In this document: piece after piece, positions 48,172 to 60,788 of the stretch
Numbering within the stretch: position 1 is the stretch's first letter
How the letters are laid out: the number at the start of each line of letters is the position of its first letter
Source: Octopus sinensis
Taxonomy: Eukaryota
Assembly (NCBI RefSeq): GCF_006345805.1
Contig: NC_043009.1
Span: forward strand, 9,362,001 to 9,426,000
Direction: 5' to 3'
DNA: 64,000 bases
Program-made: the position numbers and the translations under genes
Notes under the pieces: model-generated
The model's database searches: none
Told to the model about the DNA's origin: nothing
The model's input: only the letters and a program-made list of their open reading frames with translations

Positions 48172-49199
48172 CTTGAAGCTTATAAGCAATCACTGTGTAA
48201 TGACTAAAGAAAATAGTCTAATATTGGAGCATACTAGACTACTTGTAACCTGTTGGGTTACCAATAGTTCAAGGTACCTGAAAAAACCATGTATCTTGGG
48301 AACCCACGGTTCGATTTATGCAAAACTTGTTTTATTCCGTTTGTATTCACATTTCAATGGTACCTTACTTTCAGAGTATTTTCCCCATTATATGCCGGTT
48401 TGGCTATTTATAAAGGTACCCGAAAAAACCACGTATCTCGGGAATCTGAGGTATGATTTACGGGAAACTTGTTTTATTCCATTTGTATTCACATTTGAAT
48501 GGTACCTTACTTTCAAAAGCATTTTCCCATTATGCAACGGTCTGACTGTATTAAGTTACAGACAAGCAGGTACGCAAGCAAGCATGCAAGCAAGTACCTC
48601 AAAAAATCTGCGTGTCTTGGGAATCACGGTCCAATTTACATGAAACTTGTTTTATTCTGTTTGGAGGCACCTTAAATTTAGAGTATTTTCCCATTATCTT
48701 GGTTTGGCTGTTTTAAATTTCAGACAAGCATGTACACAACCAAACATGCAAACATGCAAACAAAACTATCCAGGTGTTCACGGTAAAGGGCAATAACTCG
48801 ATGTTTCATTGCTTAAATTTGTGGGGAAAAAAACAAAAAAAAACATATCGTGGGAATCCATGGTCCGATTTACACAAAACTTGTTTTATTCCGTTTGTAT
48901 TCACATTTCAGGGGTACCTTACTTTCAGAGTATTTTCCCATTATGCACCGGTTTGGCTGTATTAAATTACAGACAAGCACGCAAGCAAGCAATCACATGA
49001 CTTTTAGTAGTATAGAGATAATCCCTCAATGGAAAAAAAGTAGGGTCTCCATACACATGGGACATGAACCCACAGTTCTTTGTTTTCACAAGTGAGTCCC
49101 ATGCATACAGACCATACTTTTTTCTGTTGAGGGCTTATATGCCCCAATATTAGACTATTTTCTTTAGTCATTACACAGTGATCCCTTATAAGCTTCAGG
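48172..49199. mobile_element. Foldback MITE (about 90-bp imperfect TIRs) with the left TIR split by a Helitron
   Basis: 48172-48233 plus 49019-49050 pair with 49110-49199. Confidence 0.75.
48234..49018 (-). mobile_element. Non-autonomous Helitron-like element
   Basis: Minus strand begins TC and ends CTAG; GTAACC-caaca-GGTTAC hairpin lies 7 nt before the CTAG; inserted between host A and T with no TSD; about 4 internal ~140-bp cores and (GCAA)n-like runs. Confidence 0.75.
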
Positions 49200-49370
49200 C
49201 TTATTAAATATTATTATTATCATTTACAGAATTGTAAAAATTGCAACTGCTTACCAAAAACCATTACGTGTATGTGTTTGTGAATGTGTGTATGTTTGGC
49301 CTTGATATCATTCGATATTTGTAAATGAGTGTCACTGTCGCACAAACAAAGTCATTAATTTCTAATATCC

Positions 49371-49638
49371 TTTTCTACTCTAGGCACAAGGCCCAAAATT
49401 TTTTGCGGGAGGGGGCCAGTCAATTAGATCAACCTTAGTATGCAACTGGTACTTAATTTATCGACCTCGAAAGAATGAAAGGCAAAGTTGACCTCGAAAG
49501 AATGAAAGGCAAAGTTGACCTCGAAAGAATGAAAGGCAAAGTTGACCTCTGTGGAATTTGAACTCAGAACGTAAAGACAGCCAAAATACCGCTAAGCATT
49601 TTGCCCGGCGTGCTAACATTTCTGCCAGTTTGCCATCA
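49371..49638 (-). mobile_element. SINE-B with an internal 27-bp triplication
   Basis: gacctcgaaagaatgaaaggcaaagtt at 49463, 49490 and 49517. Confidence 0.85.
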
Positions 49639-50132
49639 CTCATTTCTAATATTGTATGAGAACATGTCTGACCATGGGGGAAATATTACCTTGCTTGGAC
49701 GCAGGGAAACAGTGAGGGTTGGCAACAGGAAGGGCTGTAGAAAATCTTCAGATAAACTCCATCTAGGCATGTTAAATGATGATGATGTCAATTTATATGG
49801 TTATTAGAACAGTAGAAATAGCAGAGCTACAGACTAAACATGTTTGTTTTTATCCTGTTACATTCTAACCGCAAACACTACTTGGGGTTAGGAGGAGGAG
49901 GGGCACCTTTGGCTTTAATTCCTCCAGGTTTGATGAAATAAGAACCAAGAATGTTCTGGAGTGATTCTTCTTATTAATTTGTAGCCATGTTTCAGTGAGT
50001 ATATGAGATCATTACTATTTGGGGATATGGACTTCAGTCATCCAATAGATACTAGATTATAGGGTCTTTTGTAAGTCTTTGATAATGTTCTATATAACAA
50101 ATATATTTACATCGATATAATATGAACCAATA

Positions 50133-50630
50133 GGGAAGGTGTAGTGGTTAGCTGGCAGAGTCATTAGCACGCCAGGTGAAATGCGTAGCCGTATTTCGTC
50201 TCGTTATGTTCTGAGTTCAAATTCTGCCGAGGTCGACTTTGCCTTTCATCCTTTCGGGGTCGATAAATTAAGTACCAGTTACGCACTGGGCTCGATGTAA
50301 TCGACTTAATCTGTTTGTCTGTCTTTGTTTGTCCCCCTCTGTGTTTAGCCCCTTGTGGGTAGTAAAGAAATAGGTTAGGGTGTGGTATTCACTATCATAA
50401 GGTCATGGTTTTAATTCCTGGGCCAAAAGTGCATTGTGTTAAGCAAAACAATTCATTTCTCATTGCTTCAAGTTCACTCAACCGAAAATGATTTCCAGCA
50501 ACAGTTGGGAAGTTAACCTTGAAAAGGACTAGCATCCTGTACAGGAGAGTGGGGAAGGTGAGCATTGTGATCTTTGTCACTTAAACATCATGGAAACCCG
50601 CTTAAGCCCTGACCTTATGAGTCCTTGCGT
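50133..50630 (+). mobile_element. Old SINE-E with SINE-B (50143-50374) inserted in its head
   Basis: Head resumes at ggttagggtgt after the B tail; decayed CORE-like body follows. Confidence 0.65.
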
Positions 50631-51096
50631 TTGTGACAGACCTAACCTAATATGAGCCAAGTAAGTGCTAGTGCTAGAAATAGCAGCTAAATTTCCCTAA
50701 AGCAATATCTTACCATCTGATAGAAAAAAAAGAGCAAGATACATGTTATAATGTAGTCTTGAATACATTGACTGATAAGATGGCATGACCATGACTGGAA
50801 CGGTTCAATGAAATACATAATACATAAACTTAACAACAACTATTATAATTACAAAAAGGGAAAATGTATTACTTGATGCTTTGAGAAATAAAGCTGGAAC
50901 TAATGAATTAATTGAATTATTCATGCATGCATACACAAACATGAACGCATACACACATATCTTAGGACTTATTACTTGACGAATATTGACACGCTTCATG
51001 ATATATTTAGGTAAGCTTGTCTATGGATTATGCTTCTCTATACTTACTATGATAAAGAAAATAACAAAACGGATTTTCTTAGCACACACACACACA

Positions 51097-51490
51097 TTCT
51101 TTTATCTGATTCAGTCATTTGACTGCAGCCATGCTGGAGCACCGTCTTTAGTCGAACAAATCGACACCAGGACTTATTCTTTGTAAGCCTAGTACTTATT
51201 CTATTGGTTTCTTTTGCCGAACCGCTAAGTTACGGGGACGTAAACACACCAGCATCGGTTGTCAAGCAATGCTAGAGGGACAAACACAGATACGCAAACA
51301 CACACACACATATATTCATATATACAACGGGCTCTTATCAGTTTCCGTCTACCAAATCCACTCACAAGGCTTTGGTCAGCCTGAGGCTATAGTAGAAGGC
51401 ACTTGCCCAAGGTGCCACTCAGTAGGACTGAACCTGGAACCATGTGGTTGGGAAGCAAGTTTCTTACCAAATAGCCACACCTGTGCCTAT
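51097..51490 (-). mobile_element. SINE-A, full length
   Basis: Collinear match to the family. Confidence 0.9.
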
Positions 51491-51711
51491 ATATGTTTAC
51501 ATACAATATATACATATTCATTTTTACCCTAGGCACAAGGCCTGAAATTTTTGGGGAGGGGTCCAGTCGATTAGATTGACCCCAGTATGCAACTGGTAGT
51601 TAATTTATCGATCCTGAAAGGATAAAAAGCAAAGTTGACCTTGACGGACAATATATATATATTGATTTTTCTAATTTGCTTATAAATATGTGTGTGTGTG
51701 TGTATGTCTAT

Positions 51712-51744
<33 letters not shown>

Positions 51745-51749
<5 letters not shown>

Positions 51750-51935
51750 ATATAAAGGGAAAGTTTATGAAAATAAACAAAAGACAAAGGCAGGTGGAGT
51801 ACAAACAAACAAATGTATTAGTATAGCGCTCAGGAATAGAAAAAGTCTTTTACGTTTCGAGCCTACGCTCTTCGACAGAAAGATACACAGAAAAAAACAA
51901 GGAGAGAAAAAAATGTGTGTAGGAGCTAACAATCT
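51745..51935 (-). mobile_element. Second Penelope-like terminal-repeat family
   Basis: Minus strand ctgtcgaagagcgtaggctcgaaacgtaaaagac carries the GAAGAG...CGAAACG motif. Confidence 0.5.
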
Positions 51936-52164
51936 ATCATGGCATCCTATACATATATATGCTGAGGTTGACTTTGCCTAGCATCCTTTTGGGGGTTGAT
52001 AAATTAAGTACCAGTGAACTACTGGGGTTGATGTAATTGACTAGTCCCTTCCCTACAAATTTGAGGCCTTGTACCTATAATAGAAAGGATCATTATTGGT
52101 TTATTTGTCAGAGTTCTTTCATCACACATTTTGTGACCTCTTCAGTGACTATCTGTTCTCTGAA

Positions 52165-52663
52165 ACAATGAAGGGCAAATACGACCTTGGCAGAATTTGA
52201 ACTCAAATGTAAACATAGAATAATGATAATCCTTTCTACTTTAGGCACAAGGCCAGAAGTTTGGGTAGGGGGGATAGTCGATTATATCGACCCCAGTGTT
52301 TCACTGGTATTTATTTATCGACCCCGAAAGGATGAAAGGCAAAGTCGACCTCGGCAGAATTTGAACTCAGAACGTAACAGCAGACGAAATACTGCTAAGC
52401 ATTTCATCCAGCATGCTAACGATTCTGCTAGCTCACCGCCTTAATAATGTTAATAAAAATAATGGTTTCAAATTTTGCCACAAGGGCAGCAATTTTCGGA
52501 TAGGGGACTCGTTCGTTGATTACATCAACCCAATGTTCAACTGGTACTTATTTTATTGACCCTGAAAGGATGAAAGACAAAGTCGACCTCGGCGGAATTT
52601 GAACTCAGATTGTAGTGATGGGTGAAATGCCGCTAAGCATTTAGCTCACTGCCTTAAATGATG

Positions 52664-52703
<40 letters not shown>

Positions 52704-53080
52704 TAATATTCCTTTCTACTGTAGGTACAAAGCCTAAAATTTTGCAGGAAGAGACCACTCAATTCTATAAACTTCAGTGCCTGACTTGTACTTGTTTTAT
52801 TACCTCCGAAAGGATGAAAGTGAAGTTGACCTTGGCAGAATTTGAACTTAGAATGTAAAGCTAGAAGAAATACTATGGAGCATTTAATCTAATTTGCTAA
52901 TGATTCTACCAGCTCACTACCTTAATAATGATGATGATGATGATGATAATTGTTTCAAATCTTGGCACAAGGCCTGAAATTTTGGGAGAAGCGTTAGTCA
53001 ATGACATCTACCCCATTGCTCAATGGTAATTATTATATTGAACCCCAATAGGATGAAAGGCAAAGTTGACCTTGACAATA
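52165..53080 (-). mobile_element. Cluster of 4-5 same-orientation old SINE-B copies
   Basis: B motifs at about 52228, 52460, 52705 and 52950, separated by (TAA)n/(GAT)n. Confidence 0.75.
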
Positions 53081-53108
53081 TTTGTGTGTGTGTGTGTGTG
53101 GGTGTAAA

Positions 53109-53406
53109 AATGAAAAATACAATAAATAAACAATAATAGCTAAAAGACGTACATGTAGGACAGACACATGAGGCCCTAATTCTTCATCAGTTATCAACCA
53201 TATGTCTACTCTGTATCGTTTTGCTTGCTCAAAGCCCTAATTCTCTGCAAATTTTTGCAGGTGCCACCGATATGAGTAGTACTCAATATTAACATTAAAG
53301 GTATGAAACTGAGTATTACCATTCGGTTGAAGAAGAATTAGGACCTTCTGCGTTTGTCCTACATGTCCTACGTCTTTTAGCTATCGTTTATTTAATGCAT
53401 TTTACA
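53109..53406. mobile_element. Foldback MITE with about 50-75-bp imperfect TIRs
   Basis: atagctaaaagacgtacatgtaggaca...ctaattcttc (53136-53185) pairs with gaagaattagg...cgtcttttagctat (53333-53384). Confidence 0.7.
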
Positions 53407-53485
53407 TTTATTGAGTAACTGAACGCCATGCATCTCTACTTTTAACAGTAAGTTTTTTATATATATACACATATATATACATGCA

Positions 53486-53903
53486 AAGGGTGGCGAGCTG
53501 GCAGAAACGTTAGCACGCCGGGTGAAATGCGTAGCTGTATTTCGTCTGCCGTTACGTTCTGAGTTCAAATTCCGCTGAGGCTGACTTTGCCTTTCGTCCT
53601 TTCGGGGTCGATAAATTAAGTACCAGTTACGCACTGGGGGTCGATGTAAGCGACTTAATCCGTTTGTCTGTCCTTGTTTGCCCCCTCTGTGTTTAGCCCC
53701 TTGTGGGTAGTAAAGAAATTGGTATTTCGTCTACTGTTACGTTCTGAGTTCAAATTCCGCCGAGGTCGACTTTGCCTTTCATCCTTTCGGGGTCGATAAA
53801 TTAAGTACCTATTACGCACTGGGGTCAATATAATCGACTTAATCCGTTTGTCTGTCCTTGTTTGTCCCCTCTGTGTTTAGCCTCTTGTGGGTAGTAAAGA
53901 AAT
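53486..53903 (+). mobile_element. SINE-B dimer with perfect 15-bp TSD
   Basis: TSD atatatatacatgca at 53471-53485 and 53904-53918; junction aaagaaattgg|tatttcgtct. Confidence 0.9.
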
Positions 53904-54320
53904 ATATATATACATGCACACACATACACACACACAACAAATACCTATATCTATATATCTTTATGCATATGTAATTTTAATTTCTGTATGATATATGATA
54001 TAAGATGTCAGTCTGTCGTTTGTGTTGCTACCTGTTAAGATAATTTATTTATAACCACATAGAAGCAGATATGAACAATGGTCTTCTGTCTGTAAACAGA
54101 ATTTAACAGCTACAAAATTAAACCTAGTTTAAAAGCTACATACATATCTACATACATATCTACATACATCAGTCTCTGCCTATCTCACTTTTCTCTAGTT
54201 ATTTATTTTCTTCTTCTCCTCCTAATTTTAGTGTCTTTTGTGTGATAAAATTGATTACTTTTCAATTAATTCAACTACTGCTAGAAATCACAGCATCAGC
54301 TTTAATTATTATTATAATGA

Positions 54321-54361
<41 letters not shown>

Positions 54362-54894
54362 GGTTATGTTAAGGTGGTGAGTTAGCATAAATGGTAGACT
54401 GTTTTATAGTAATTAGTTTTGTCTCTCTATCATCTGTGTTCTGTCTAATCACATCAGGTTTTAGTTACTATTCCTCCCTCCATAGAGGTTGATAATATAA
54501 GTGTCAGTTATATACTAGAATAACCAATTAATTATATTCCTTCCCAACAAATATGTCATCTTGTGCTGCAGTAAAAAAAAAAAACAACAAAAAAATGTAT
54601 AATGCAGCTGAAATGACTAAAACCCAACAGACTTTTTGAGCAAAACCCTTACTGACGTTTCCAAGTTCCATTTGGAGAAAAAGGAGCTATCCTCCTATAA
54701 ATTTACCAAAAGGTATGTTAAAATGGCTTGGATGGCCCAAGTGAATAGTCCTACTCTTAGAACATGCCAAGGAATGATAGCTGGAAGAAAGCACTTATAC
54801 TCAGTGTATTCTTGGATTTCTAAGCTTCCCTGATTGGCCCAAGGTAATGGTATACTTCTCTGGATCATCTCAGACATTTGTATTCTGTGAGTAC

Positions 54895-55526
54895 CAGTGG
54901 TTCCCAACCATTTTTTGTCTGTGGACCCCTTTGATTCCTATTTTATTCAGATGGACCCTCATAGCTATTTGATGTTTCAAAGAATCCTGTTATATTCTTA
55001 GAATTAAATATTATTAGGAATTTATTCTTTTATTCTTTTACTTGTTTCAGTCATTTGACTGTGGCCATGCTGCTGCACTGCCCTGAAAGGTTTTAGTTGA
55101 AAAATATCAATTCAGGACTTATTTTTAAGCCTTGTACTTATTCTGTCGGTATCTTTTGCCGAACTGCTAAGTTATGGGGACGTAAACATTTCAATCTCAG
55201 TTGTCAAGTGATGGTGGAAAGACAAACACAGACACAGACACAGACACACACACAAACACATATAACAGTCTTCTTTCAGTTTCCTTCTACAAAATCCATT
55301 CACCAGGCTAAGGCTATAATAGAAGACACTTGCTCAAGGTGCCATGCAGTGGGACTGAACCCAGAACCATGTGGTTGAAAGCAAGCTTCTTACCACACAG
55401 CTAAAAATTGTTAAAATATTTTGTATATTGTAGAAGTATAACAAATTTTGTTGCACATAAATTTTAACTATAAAATCTTATGTGGACCCCTAAGGGCCAT
55501 ATATGTACCCTGGTTGAGAACCACCC
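54895..55526. mobile_element. CAGTGG-TIR (hAT-like) MITE with nested SINE-A (55025-55402, minus)
   Basis: cagtggttcccaacc ... ggttgagaaccac; no TSD recognised. Confidence 0.7.
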
Positions 55527-57235
55527 CACACTGTCATCTGATTTCACTGTAAACCTCCATACATTTTGTAACCTATCCTTGTAATTTCCTCTGAACAATC
55601 AACCTTGTGGCATTTCACGCCTGCTGGCTACAACGAAGGAAGTTCTGTGATGGTTGTAGTTTAAAGAATTGAGGACTGGGTTTTCCCTCTCTTTTAGAGA
55701 GCTAAGTACTGCTCTCCAGTAAGAAAGATGAGTGCAAACAGCAAGACTGACAAAACTAAATTTGTTTACTTTATTATGCAACTGTAAACAGAAGGCAAGA
55801 AACGGGGGTTTTATGTGAGATGGTCTTGAAATCTTGATGATTTTCATCCTTATTAGAATATGTTTCTTGTTGACAATTTATTATAGTTATCTTGTTCTTG
55901 TTGAATTTTGCTTTTCTCTTTTACTTTGGGACTGAACCCAGAACCATGTGGCTGAAAACAAGCTTCTTACCATTCTTACACCTAAGAATTGTTAAAATAT
56001 TTTGTATATTGTAGAAATGTAACAATTTTGTTGCACATAAATTTTAACTATAAAATCTTATGTGGACCCCTAAGGGCCATATATGTACCCTGGTTGAGAA
56101 CCACCCCACACTGTCATCTGATTTCACTGTAAACCTCCATACATTTTGTAACCTATCCTTGTAATTTCCTCTGAACAATCAACCTTGTGGCATTTCACGC
56201 CTGCTGGCTACAACGAAGGAAGTTCTGTGATGGTTGTAGTTTAAAGAATTGAGGACTGGGTTTTCCCTCTCTTTTAGAGAGCTAAGTACTGCTCTCCAGT
56301 AAGAAAGATGAGTGCAAACAGCAAGACTGACAAAACTAAATTTGTTTACTTTATTATGCAACTGTAAACAGAAGGCAAGAAACGGGGGTTTTATGTGAGA
56401 TGGTCTTGAAATCTTGATGATTTTCATCCTTATTAGAATATGTTTCTTGTTGACAATTTATTATAGTTATCTTGTTCTTGTTGAATTTTGCTTTTCTCTT
56501 TTACTTTGGGACTGAACCCAGAACCATGTGGCTGAAAACAAGCTTCTTACCATTCTTACACCTAAGAATTGTTAAAATATTTTGTATATTGTAGAAATGT
56601 AACAATTTTGTTGCACATAAATTTTAACTATAAAATCTTATGTGGACCCCTAAGGGCCATATATGTACCCTGGTTGAGAACCACCCCACACTGTCATCTG
56701 ATTTCACTGTAAACCTCCATACATTTTGTAACCTATCCTTGTAATTTCCTCTGAACAATCAACCTTGTGGCATTTCACGCCTGCTGGCTACAACGAAGGA
56801 AGTTCTGTGATGGTTGTAGTTTAAAGAATTGAGGACTGGGTTTTCCCTCTCTTTTAGAGAGCTAAGTACTGCTCTCCAGTAAGAAAGATGAGTGCAAACA
56901 GCAAGACTGACAAAACTAAATTTGTTTACTTTATTATGCAACTGTAAACAGAAGGCAAGAAACGGGGGTTTTATGTGAGATGGTCTTGAAATCTTGATGA
57001 TTTTCATCCTTATTAGAATATGTTTCTTGTTGACAATTTATTATAGTTATCTTGTTCTTGTTGAATTTTGCTTTTCTCTTTTACTTTGGGACTGAACCCA
57101 GAACCATGTGGCTGAAAACAAGCTTCTTACCATTCTTACACCTAAGAATTGTTAAAATATTTTGTATATTGTAGAAATGTAACAAATTTTGTTGCACATA
57201 TATTTTAACTATAAAATCTTATATGGACCCCTAAG
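55351..57235. repeat. 580-bp tandem array (3 units plus a partial fourth)
   Basis: gggactgaacccagaacc at 55351, 55928, 56508 and 57088; an identical 82-aa minus ORF recurs at 580-bp spacing. Confidence 0.95.
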
Positions 57236-57349
57236 AATTAACTTTTTAAATTCTCACTGATTTTATATTTTTCACTCTTATTTTGTGACCAGTGTATTGG
57301 GCTTTTGTATCTAATAACAAAAATCATCATTATCATCATCACCATCATC

Positions 57350-58560
57350 ATCAAGGCAACAAGTTGGCAGAATCATTAACGAGTGGAACAAAATGCTTCA
57401 CAGCATTTCTTGTTTTCTTTTCTTTCTGTTCAAATTCCAAGAAGTTTGACTTTGCCTTTCATCCTTTTGGGATCAATAAAAAAATGTACCAGTTGAGCAA
57501 TGGGGTTGATGTAACTGACATCCTCCCCCACCTCCCAGAATTATTACTATTGTTGTTATTATTAAGGTGCTGCACTGGCTGAATTGTTAGCATATCAGAC
57601 AAAATGCTTAGGAACATTTCTTCTTATTCAGAAGAGATAAACTTTGCTTGTCATTCTTTGGTGGGTAATAAAATAAAGTAGACTTCAAGAGCTGGGGTTG
57701 ATGTAATCTTACTGAACGTAATGTATTTAGACAAAATGCCTTTTTGTATTTATCTCTTTATGTTTTGAGTTCAATTCCTGCTGAGACCAACTTTGCTTTC
57801 CATTCCTCCAGAGTCTATGAAGTACCAGTCACGTAATGAGGTTGATTTAGTTGACTAAAATTTTCCTTCAATATTCCGGACCCTGAATACAGACAAGTGA
57901 GCTGGCAGAATCGTTAGCACACCAGGCAAAATGCTTAGCAGCATTTCGTCTGTCTTTATGTTCTGAGTTCAAATTCCACCAAGGTCAACTTTACTTTTCA
58001 TCCTTTCAGGGGCGATAGAATAAATAGCAGCACTGGGGTTGATGTAATCAACTCACCCCAACCTTCCAAAAATTGCTGGTCTCATGCCGAAATTTGAAGC
58101 CAGCATTTCACATCCTATGCTTGTGTGAGAAACAATTCAAAGATAGTGGATTGGCAGAGTCATTAGAGGGATGGACAAAATGCCACCGGATCTTTAGATT
58201 CTGAGTTCAAATCCTGCCACGGTTAACTTTGCCTTTTTTCCTTTCAGAGTTGGCCAAATGAAGTACCAGTCAAACACTTGAGTCAAGGACATTGAATAAA
58301 AACCCTTTCTTCAAAGATTTCAGACCTTGTACCTATGTTAGACAAATTTATGATTATTTTTAGGGTGGTGGTTTGACAGAATTATTAGAGTATGGGGGGG
58401 GGGAATACCCGGCAGTATGTGTTCCAGCGTTTCACATTTTGAATTCAAATCTGGCCAAGGTCAACTTTGCTGTTCATCCTTTTAGGATTGATGAAATAAA
58501 GTACCAGTCAAGTACTGTGGTCAATTTAATCAACTATCCTTTCTCTCTGGATTTGTGTTT
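57350..58560 (+). mobile_element. Cluster of about 6 old same-orientation SINE-B copies
   Basis: Recurrent gctggcagaatc...ttctgagttcaaat...ttgcctttcatcc motifs. Confidence 0.7.
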
Positions 58561-58598
58561 TTACAAGAAAATATCATTACATGTCAGACAAGACCATC

Positions 58599-58634
<36 letters not shown>

Positions 58635-58999
58635 AGAACTAGTATTATAGTAACACTATTTCCAATTCAAATTGATTGCATTCCTACAACCTAAACTAAG
58701 TTTGGCATTGCATTTAGCTCAAAAGGCATCATTTGGTGAATTAACCAAAAACGATTTGTACTACTGATTCTCACTGACTCACTGTTCTGAGAGCAAGTGT
58801 CGCTGGGAAGGGGGTGTCAGTGTTTGCTTTTTATTTCTCTCCAAATAGAGTGGAAGGTAACGAAGGGAGGCAGCAGGGAGGGGGGGCAATAAAGCACCAC
58901 TAATATTGATGGTAGGGGTGGCGATGATGTTGATGATTGATGAGTGAGTATTATAACAGTTGATGAGTGTCTTCTGTGTAGTACTGTGAACAAATTGCA

Positions 59000-59640
59000 T
59001 TGATGATGACTATGGAGATACCGATCATGATGATGATGATGATGACGACAACGACGATGACGATGATGATGATAACATTAATAATTGTGATGAGGACAAT
59101 AACGATGATAAGAAAACAGCAATAGGAATTACAGTAAAAAAAAGTGATATTTATAAACAAGTATTGATGATGATGATGATGATGATAATGACATCAACAA
59201 CAATACTAATTACATTTAAACTATTTACAAACAACATATGATGATGATGATGATGATAGTGAGGAGGAGGAGGAGGGAAATAGCAATGATGAGGATGATT
59301 AAAGTGGTGGTGTTGATGATGATGATGATGAGGTGGAGGAGGAGGAGGATAACGACGTTGATGAGGATGGTAATAGTGGTGGTTCTAATGATGATGGTGA
59401 TAATGAGGAGGAGGAGGGGGATAATGACATTGATGAGGATGATAATAGTGGTGGTTCTAATGATGATGGTGATGATGATGATGAGGAGGAGGAGGAGGGG
59501 GATAATGACATTGATGAGGATGATAATAGTGGTGGTTCTAATGATGATGGTGATGATGATGGTAGTGGCAAAGATGAATGATGATGGTTGTGATGTTAAT
59601 GATAGTTTTGCAGCCATGGTGTTGATAAATAATTAATTTC
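59000..59640. repeat. Compound (GAT)n/(GAG)n low-complexity region with three ~75-bp higher-order units
   Basis: gataatgacattgatgaggatgataatagtggtggttctaatgatgatggtgat-type unit repeated three times within 59329-59570. Confidence 0.85.
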
Positions 59641-59856
59641 TGCTGGATAGGCACATGATTTATCTATTTAGTAAAAGGATAAGAATGAACTCCCTCTCCT
59701 CCTCCCCCCCCTGAAAAGAGAAGCACTCTCCTTCTCTCCCACCCACCGTCTCTTTCAATCTCTCCCCTCCACCCCACCCCACCCCCCTCTCTCTCTCTCT
59801 CTCTCTCTCTGTCTTTCTCAAATATTCATATAAATGTAAAAGCATTTATTTATAAA

Positions 59857-60274
59857 CTACCACGTGCACATACAAGCACATGTACACACACACACACACA
59901 CACATATACATATATGTATGTATGTATGTATATATATATATTTATTATATATATATATATATATATACAATATATATACATATATCGCACACACATACAT
60001 ACACACATATATATATATATATATAAACATATACATATAATACATTATATATATATATATATAATTACCTGGATTTCAATATCCTCCTTTATTTTATATA
60101 TAGTTTCTATTAATGGATGCCATTTATGTGTATATCAATGCATACATGCAAACATACATATGATATATATACACACTTGCATGCATATATATATATATAT
60201 ATAATATATATATATTATATATATACATGTATATATGTATATATATATCTGCTTATGTATATTTATGTATAGAT

Positions 60275-60338
<64 letters not shown>

Positions 60339-60388
60339 CACACACCACACACCACACATATACATATATGTATGTATGTATGTATATA

Positions 60389-60419
<31 letters not shown>

Positions 60420-60737
60420 CAATATATATACATATATCGCACACACATACATACACACATATATATATATAATATATAAACATATACATATAATACATTA
60501 TATATATATATATATAATTACCTGGATTTCAATATCCTCCTTTATTTTATATATAGTTTCTATTAATGGATGCCATTTATGTGTATATCAATGCATACAT
60601 GCAAACATACATATGATATATATACACACTTGCATGCATATATATATATATATATATAATATATATATTATATATATACATGTATATATGTATATATATA
60701 TCTGCTTATGTATATTTATGTATAGATATACATACAT

Positions 60738-60788
<51 letters not shown>

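Noticed and set aside
49985-50062. Frame PCFSEYMRSLLFGDMDFS resembling a BTB-domain segment
   Set aside because: Similarity is short, the frame stops before the next good donor, and no other BTB segment is nearby.
54631-54712. Exon candidate DFLSKTLTDVSKFHLEKKELSSYKFTKR with a GTATGT donor
   Set aside because: The acceptor lacks a pyrimidine tract (A-rich upstream); no independent support.
55599-57007. Three identical 82-aa ORFs that look like a gene cluster
   Set aside because: Explained by the 580-bp tandem duplication; no recognisable domain.
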